A stretch of 64,000 bases of DNA from Auanema rhodensis (Eukaryota > Animalia > Nematoda), in assembly GCA_964057225.1 (NCBI GenBank), contig CAXKVF010000077.1, forward strand, positions 186,001 to 250,000, written 5' to 3'. Each line of letters opens with the position of its first letter. Position 1 is the first letter of the stretch. Of the stretch, positions 57,901-64,000 are shown in pieces. The notes under the pieces were generated by a model, which ran no database searches, was not told the DNA's origin, and saw only the letters and a program-made list of their open reading frames with translations. The position numbers were made by a program, and so were the translations under genes.

Positions 57901-60900
57901 AAATTTCAAAGTCATGGTTACCATGAACCAATATCAATAAAAATTTGTTTTTAGACTAATATGGACATGGGGAATCTAATTTTGAAAACCGCATCTCTTT
58001 ATCTTTCACGTGAAGCGAGTTACATACCAAGTGCACATCACGTGTACATTTAATTAGCATAAATTAAAGTTCACGTAAATTTCAAAGTCATGGTTACCAT
58101 GAACCAATATCAATGAAAATTTGTTTTTAGACTAATATGGACATGGGGAATCTAATTTTGAAAACCGCATCTCTTTATCTTTCACGTGAAGCGAGTTACA
58201 TACCAAGTGCACATCACGTGTACATTTAATTAGCATAAATTAAAGTTCACGTAAATTTCAAAGTCATGGTTACCATGAACCAATATCAATAAAAATTTGT
58301 TTTAAGACTAATATGGACATGGGGAATCTAATTTTGAAAACCGCATCTTTTTATCTTTCACGTGAAGCGAGTTACATACCAAGTGCACATCACGTGTACA
58401 TTTAATTAGCATAAATTAAAGTTCACGTAAATTTCAAAGTCATGGTTACCATGCACCAATATCAATAAAAATTTGTTTTTAGACTAATATGGACATGGGG
58501 AATCTAATTTTGAAAACCGCATCTCTTTATCTTTCACGTGAAGCGAGTTACATACCAAGTGCACATCACGTTTACATTTAATTAGCATAAATTAAAGTTC
58601 ACGTAAATTTCAAAGTCATGGTTACCATGAACCAATATCAATTAAAATTTGTTTTTAGACTAATATGGACATGGGGAATCTAATTTTGAAAACCGCATCT
58701 CTTTATCTTTCACATGAAGCGAGTTACATACCAAGTGCACATCACGTGTACATTTAATTAGCATAAATTAAAGTTCACGTAAATTTTAAAGTCATGGTTA
58801 CCATGAAGCAATATCAATTAAAATTTGTTTTTAGACTAATATGGACATGGGGAATCTAATTTTGAAAACCGCATCTTTTTATCTTTCACGTGAAGCGAGT
58901 TACATACCAAGTGCACATCACGTGTACATTTAATTAGCATAAATTAAAGTTCACGTAAATTTCAAAGTCATGGTTACCATGAACCAATATCAATAAAAAT
59001 TTGTTTTTAGACTAATATGGACATGGGGAATCTAATTTTGAAAACCGCATCTCTTTATCTTTCACGTGAAGCGAGTTACATACCAAGTGCACATCACGTG
59101 TACATTTAATTACCATAAATTAAAGTTCACGTAAATTTCAAAGTCATGGTTACCATGCACCAATATCAATAAAAATTTGTTTTTAGACTAATATGGACAT
59201 GGGGAATCTAATTTTAAAAACCGCATCTCTTTATCTTTCACGTGAAGCGAGTTACATACCTAGTGCACATCACGTGTACATTTAATTAGCATAAATTAAA
59301 GTTCACGTAAATTTCAAAGTCATAGTTACCATGAACCAATATCAATAAAAATTTGTTTTTAGACTAATATGGACATGGGGAATCTAATTTTGAAAACCGC
59401 ATCTCTTTATCTTTCACGTGAAGCGAGTTACATACCAAGTGCACATCACGTGTACATTTAATTAGCATAAATTAAAGTTCACGTAAATTTCAAAGTCATG
59501 GTTACCATGAAGCAATATCAATAAAAATTTCTTTTAGACTAATATGGACATGGGAAATCTAATTTTGAAAACCGCATCTCTTTATCTTTCACGTGAAGCG
59601 AGTTACATACCAAGTGCACATCACGTGTACATTTAATTAGCTTAAATTAAAGTTCACGTAAATTTCAAAGTCATGGTTACCATGCACCAATATCAATAAA
59701 AATTTGTTTTTAGACTAATATGGACATGGAGAATCTAATTTTGAAAACCGCATCTCTTTATCTTTCACGTGAAGCGAGTTACATACCAAGTGCACATCAC
59801 GTGTACATTTAATTAGCATTAATTAAAGTTCACGTAAATTTCAAAGTCATGGTTACCATGAACCAATATCAATAAAAATTTGTTTTTAGACTAATATGGA
59901 CATGGGGAATCTAATTTTGAAAACCGCATTTCTTTATCTTTCACGTGAAGCGAGTTACATACCAAGTGCACATCACGTGTACATTTAATTAGCATTAATT
60001 AAAGTTCACGTAAATTTCAAAGTCATGGTTACCATGAACCAATATCAATAAAAATTTGTTTTTAGACTAATATGGACATGGGGAATCTAATTTTGAAAAC
60101 CGCATCTCTTTATCTTTCACGTGAAGCGAGTTACATACCAAGTGCACATCACGTGTACATTTAATTAGCATAAATTAAAGTTCACGTAAATTTCAAAGTC
60201 ATAGTTACCATGAACCAATATCAATAAAAATTTGTTTTTAGACTAATATGGACATGGGGAATCTAATTTTGAAAACCGCATCTCTTTATCTTTCACATGA
60301 AGCGAGTTACATACCAAGTGCACATCACGTGTACATTTAATTAGCATAAATTAAAGTTCACGTAAAATTCAAAGTCATGGTTACCATGAAGCAATATCAA
60401 TAAAAATTTCTTTTAGACTAATATGGACATGGGAAATCTAATTTTGAAAACCGCATCTCTTTATCTTTCACGTGAAGCGAGTTACATACCAAGTGCACAT
60501 CACGTGTACATTTAATTAGCATAAATTAAAGTTCACGTAAATTTCAAAGTCATGGTTACCATGCACCAATATCAATAAAAATTTGTTTTTAGACTAATAT
60601 GGACATGGAGAATCTAATTTTGAAAACCGCATCTCTTTATCTTTCACGTGAAGCGAGTTACATACCAAGTGCACATCACGTGTACATTTAATTAGCATTA
60701 ATTAAAGTTCACGTAAATTTCAAAGTCATGGTTACCATGAACCAATATCAATAAAAATTTGTTTTTAGACTAATATGGACATGGGGAATCTAATTTTGAA
60801 AACCGCATCTCTTTATCTTTCACGTGAAGCGAGTTACATACCAAGTGCACATCACGTGTACATTTAATTAGCATTAATTAAAGTTCACGTAAATTTCAAA

Positions 60901-63900
60901 GTCATGGTTACCATGAACCAATATCAATAAAAATTTGTTTTTAGACTAATATGGACATGAAGAATCTAATTTTGAAAACCGCATCTCTTTATCTTTCACG
61001 TGAAGCGAGTTACATACCAAGTGCACATCACGTGTACATTTAATGAGCATAAATTAAAGTTCACGTAAATTTCAAAGTCATGGTTACCATGAACTAATAT
61101 CAATAAAAATTTGTTTTTAGACTAATATGGACATGGGGAATCTAATTTTGAAAACCGCATCTCTTTATCTTTCACGTGAAGCGAGTTACATACCAAGTGC
61201 ACATCACGTGTACATTTAATTAGCATAAATTAAAGTTCACGTAAATTTCAAAGTCATGGTTACCATGAACCAATATCAATGAAAATTTGTGTTAAGACTA
61301 ATATGGACATGGGGAATCTAATTTTGAAAACCGCATCTCTTTATCTTTCACGTGAAGCGAGTTACATACCAAGTGCACATCACGTGTACATTTAATTAGC
61401 ATAAATTAAAGTTCACGTAAATTTCAAAGTCATGGTTACCATGAACCAATATCAATAAAAATTTGTTTTTAGACTAATATGGACATGGGGAATCTAATTT
61501 TGAAAACCGCATCTCTTTATCTTTCACGTGAAGCGAGTTACATACCAAGTGCACATCACGTGTACATTTAATTAGCATTAATTAAAGTTCACGTAAATTT
61601 CAAAGTCATGGTTACCATGAACCAATATCAATAAAAATTTGTTTTTAGACTAATATGGACATGGGGAATCTAATTTTGAAAACCGCATCTCTTTATCTTT
61701 CACGTGAAGCGAGTTACATACCAAGTGCACATCACGTGTACATTTAATTAGCATTAATTAAAGTTCACGTAAATTTCAAAGTCATGGTTACCATGAACCA
61801 ATATCAATAAAAATTTGTTTTTAGACTAATATGGACATGAAGAATCTAATTTTGAAAACCGCATCTCTTTATCTTTCACGTGAAGCGAGTTACATACCAA
61901 GTGCACATCACGTGTACATTTAATGAGCATAAATTAAAGTTCACGTAAATTTCAAAGTCATGGTTACCATGAACTAATATCAATAAAAATTTGTTTTTAG
62001 ACTAATATGGACATGGGGAATCTAATTTTGAAAACCGCATCTCTTTATCTTTCACGTGAAGCGAGTTACATACCAAGTGCACATCACGTGTACATTTAAT
62101 TAGCATAAATTAAAGTTCACGTAAATTTCAAAGTCATGGTTACCATGAACCAATATCAATGAAAATTTGTGTTAAGACTAATATAGACATGGGGAATCTA
62201 ATTTTGAAAACCGCATCTCTTTATCTTTCACGTGAAGCGAGTTACATACCAAGTGCACATCACGTGTACATTTAATTAGCATAAATTAAAGTTCACGTAA
62301 ATTTCAAAGTCATGGTTACCATGAACCAATATCAATAAAAATTTGTTTTTAGACTAATATGGACATGGGGAATCTAATTTTGAAAACCGCATCTCTTTAT
62401 CTTTCACGTGAAGCGAGTTACATACCAAGTGCACATCACGTGTACATTTAATTAGCATAAATTAAAGTTCACGTAAATTTCAAAGTCATGGTTACCATGA
62501 ACCAATATCAATAAAAATTTGTTTTTAGACTAATATGGACATGGGGAATCTAATTTTGAAAACCGCATCTCTTTATCTTTCACGTGAAGCGAGTTACATA
62601 CCAAGTGCACATCACGTGTACATTTAATTAGCATAAATTAAAGTTCACGTAAATTTCAAAGTCATGGTTACCATGAACCAATATCAATAAAAATTTGTTT
62701 TTAGACTAATATGGACATGGGGAATCTAATTTTGAAAACCGCATCTCTTTATCTTTCACGTGAAGCGAGTTACATACCAAGTGCACATCACGTGTACATT
62801 TAATTAGCATAAATTAAAGTTCACGTAAATTTCAAAGTCATGGTTACCATGAACCAATATCAATGAAAATTTGTTTTTAGACTAATATGGACATGGGGAA
62901 TCTAATTTTGAAAACCGCATCTCTTTATCTTTCACGTGAAGCGAGTTACATACCAAGTGCACATCACGTGTACATTTAATTAGCATAAATTAAAGTTCAC
63001 GTAAATTTCAAAGTCATGGTTACCATGCACCAATATCAATAAAAATTTGTTTTTAGACTAATATGGACATGGGGAATCTAATTTTGAAAACCGCATCTCT
63101 TTATCTTTCACGTGAAGCGAGTTACATACCAAGTGCACATCACGTGTACATTTAATTAGCATAAATTAAAGTTCACGTAAATTTCAAAGTCATGGTTACC
63201 ATGCACCAATATCAATAAAAATTTGTTTTTAGACTAATATGGACATGGGAAATCTAATTTTGAAAACCGCATCTCTTTATCTTTCACGTGAAGCGAGTTA
63301 CATACCAAGTGCACATCACGTGTACATTTAATTAGCATAAATTAAAGTTCACGTAAATTTCAAAGTCATGGTTACCATGAACCAATATCAATAAAAATTT
63401 GTTTTTAGACTAATATGGACATGGGGAATCTAATTTTGAAAACCGCATCTCTTTATCTTTCACGTGAAGCGAGTTACATACCAAGTGCACATCACGTGTA
63501 CATTTAATTAGCATAAATTGAAGTTCACGTAAATTTCAAAGTCATGGTTACCATGAAGCAATATCAATAAAAATTTGTTTTTAGACTAATATGGACATGG
63601 GGAATCTAATTTTGAAAACCGCATCTTTTTATCTTTCACGTGAAGCGAGTTACATACCAAGTGCACATCACGTGTACATTTAATTAGCATAAATTAAAGT
63701 TCACGTAAATTTCAAAGTCATGGTTACCATGAACCAATATCAATAAAAATTTGTTTTTAGACTAATATAGACATGGGGAATCTAATTTTGAAAACCGCAT
63801 CTCTTTATCTTTCACGTGAAGCGAGTTACATACCAAGTGCACATCACGTGTACATTTAATTAGCATAAATTAAAGTTCACGTAAATTTCAAAGTCATGGT

Positions 63901-64000
63901 TACCATGAACCAATATCAATAAAAATTTGTTTTTAGACTAATATGGACATGGGGAATCTAATTTTGAAAACCGCATCTCTTTATCTTTCACGTGAAGCGA
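54912..64000 (+). repeat. A23-dominant domain with a distinct variant set; diverged 12-mer and two 5-mer duplications
   Basis: Markers are G13A, C26T, A36G, T46G+T49A, GG67-68AA, G68A, G81A, C94T, G107A, T152G, A158T and A163G. G81A+A126T monomers sit at 57024/59136 (12-mer). The 5-mers are at 59312/60191 and 60718/61598. Confidence 0.83.

Larger units (their letters stand above)
1..64000 (+). repeat. 176-bp tandem satellite array, about 363.7 copies, putative centromeric/pericentromeric satellite; continues past both window edges
   Basis: TTTCAAAGTC recurs at 1, 177, 353 and so on. Starts follow 1+176k up to 14785, 176k from 14960 to 59488, then shift by -1 at 59663 and again at 60542; the last start is 63886. 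The consensus has 57 of 176 G+C. The repeat call is certain; the centromeric role is inferred from size and homogeneity only. Confidence 0.99.

Noticed and set aside
1-64000. CRISPR array or other repeat-spacer system
   Set aside because: There are no unique spacers; the entire 176 bp is repeated, and there is no leader or cas gene.
1-64000. Single global higher-order period of 2640 bp suggested by the line layout
   Set aside because: 2640 is simply the least common multiple of 176 and the 60-base line width. Variants support a true 15-mer only at 43296-48575.
1-64000. Excess of multi-allelic sites (e.g. 36, 60, 69, 122, 126, 139, 176) as a sign of targeted diversification
   Set aside because: Given the number of distinct alleles over 176 sites, about this many repeat hits is plausible by chance. 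It is not supportable without a formal count.

Overview
The whole 64 kb window is one uninterrupted head-to-tail satellite array, all on one strand. It has a 176-bp monomer (about 32% GC) in 363 complete copies plus a 115-bp partial copy at 63886-64000. Consensus from position 1: TTTCAAAGTCATGGTTACCATG(C/A)ACCAATATCAATAAAAATTTGTTTTTAGACTAATATGGACATGGGGAATCTAATTTTGAAAACCGCATCTCTTTATCTTTCACGTGAAGCGAGTTACATACCAAGTGCACATCACGTGTACATTTAATTAGCATAAATTAAAGTTCACGTAAA. Copies typically differ from consensus by 0-5 substitutions, and I found only three 1-bp deletions. I saw no genes, transposon insertions, strand switches or unique sequence. Monomer length, AT-richness and homogeneity fit a eukaryotic centromeric or pericentromeric satellite; this is inference, and I cannot assign the species. 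Two kinds of structure stand out. Within the monomer there is a degenerate 84-bp fold-back, three phased TCACGT/E-box motifs and a CENP-B-box-like 17-mer. Along the array, shared variants define successive local domains built from nested 3- to 18-monomer block duplications (incipient higher-order repeats). Variants are written as consensus base, monomer position, new base. They were read by eye, so some may have been missed. I found no evidence of a novel protein-coding system.
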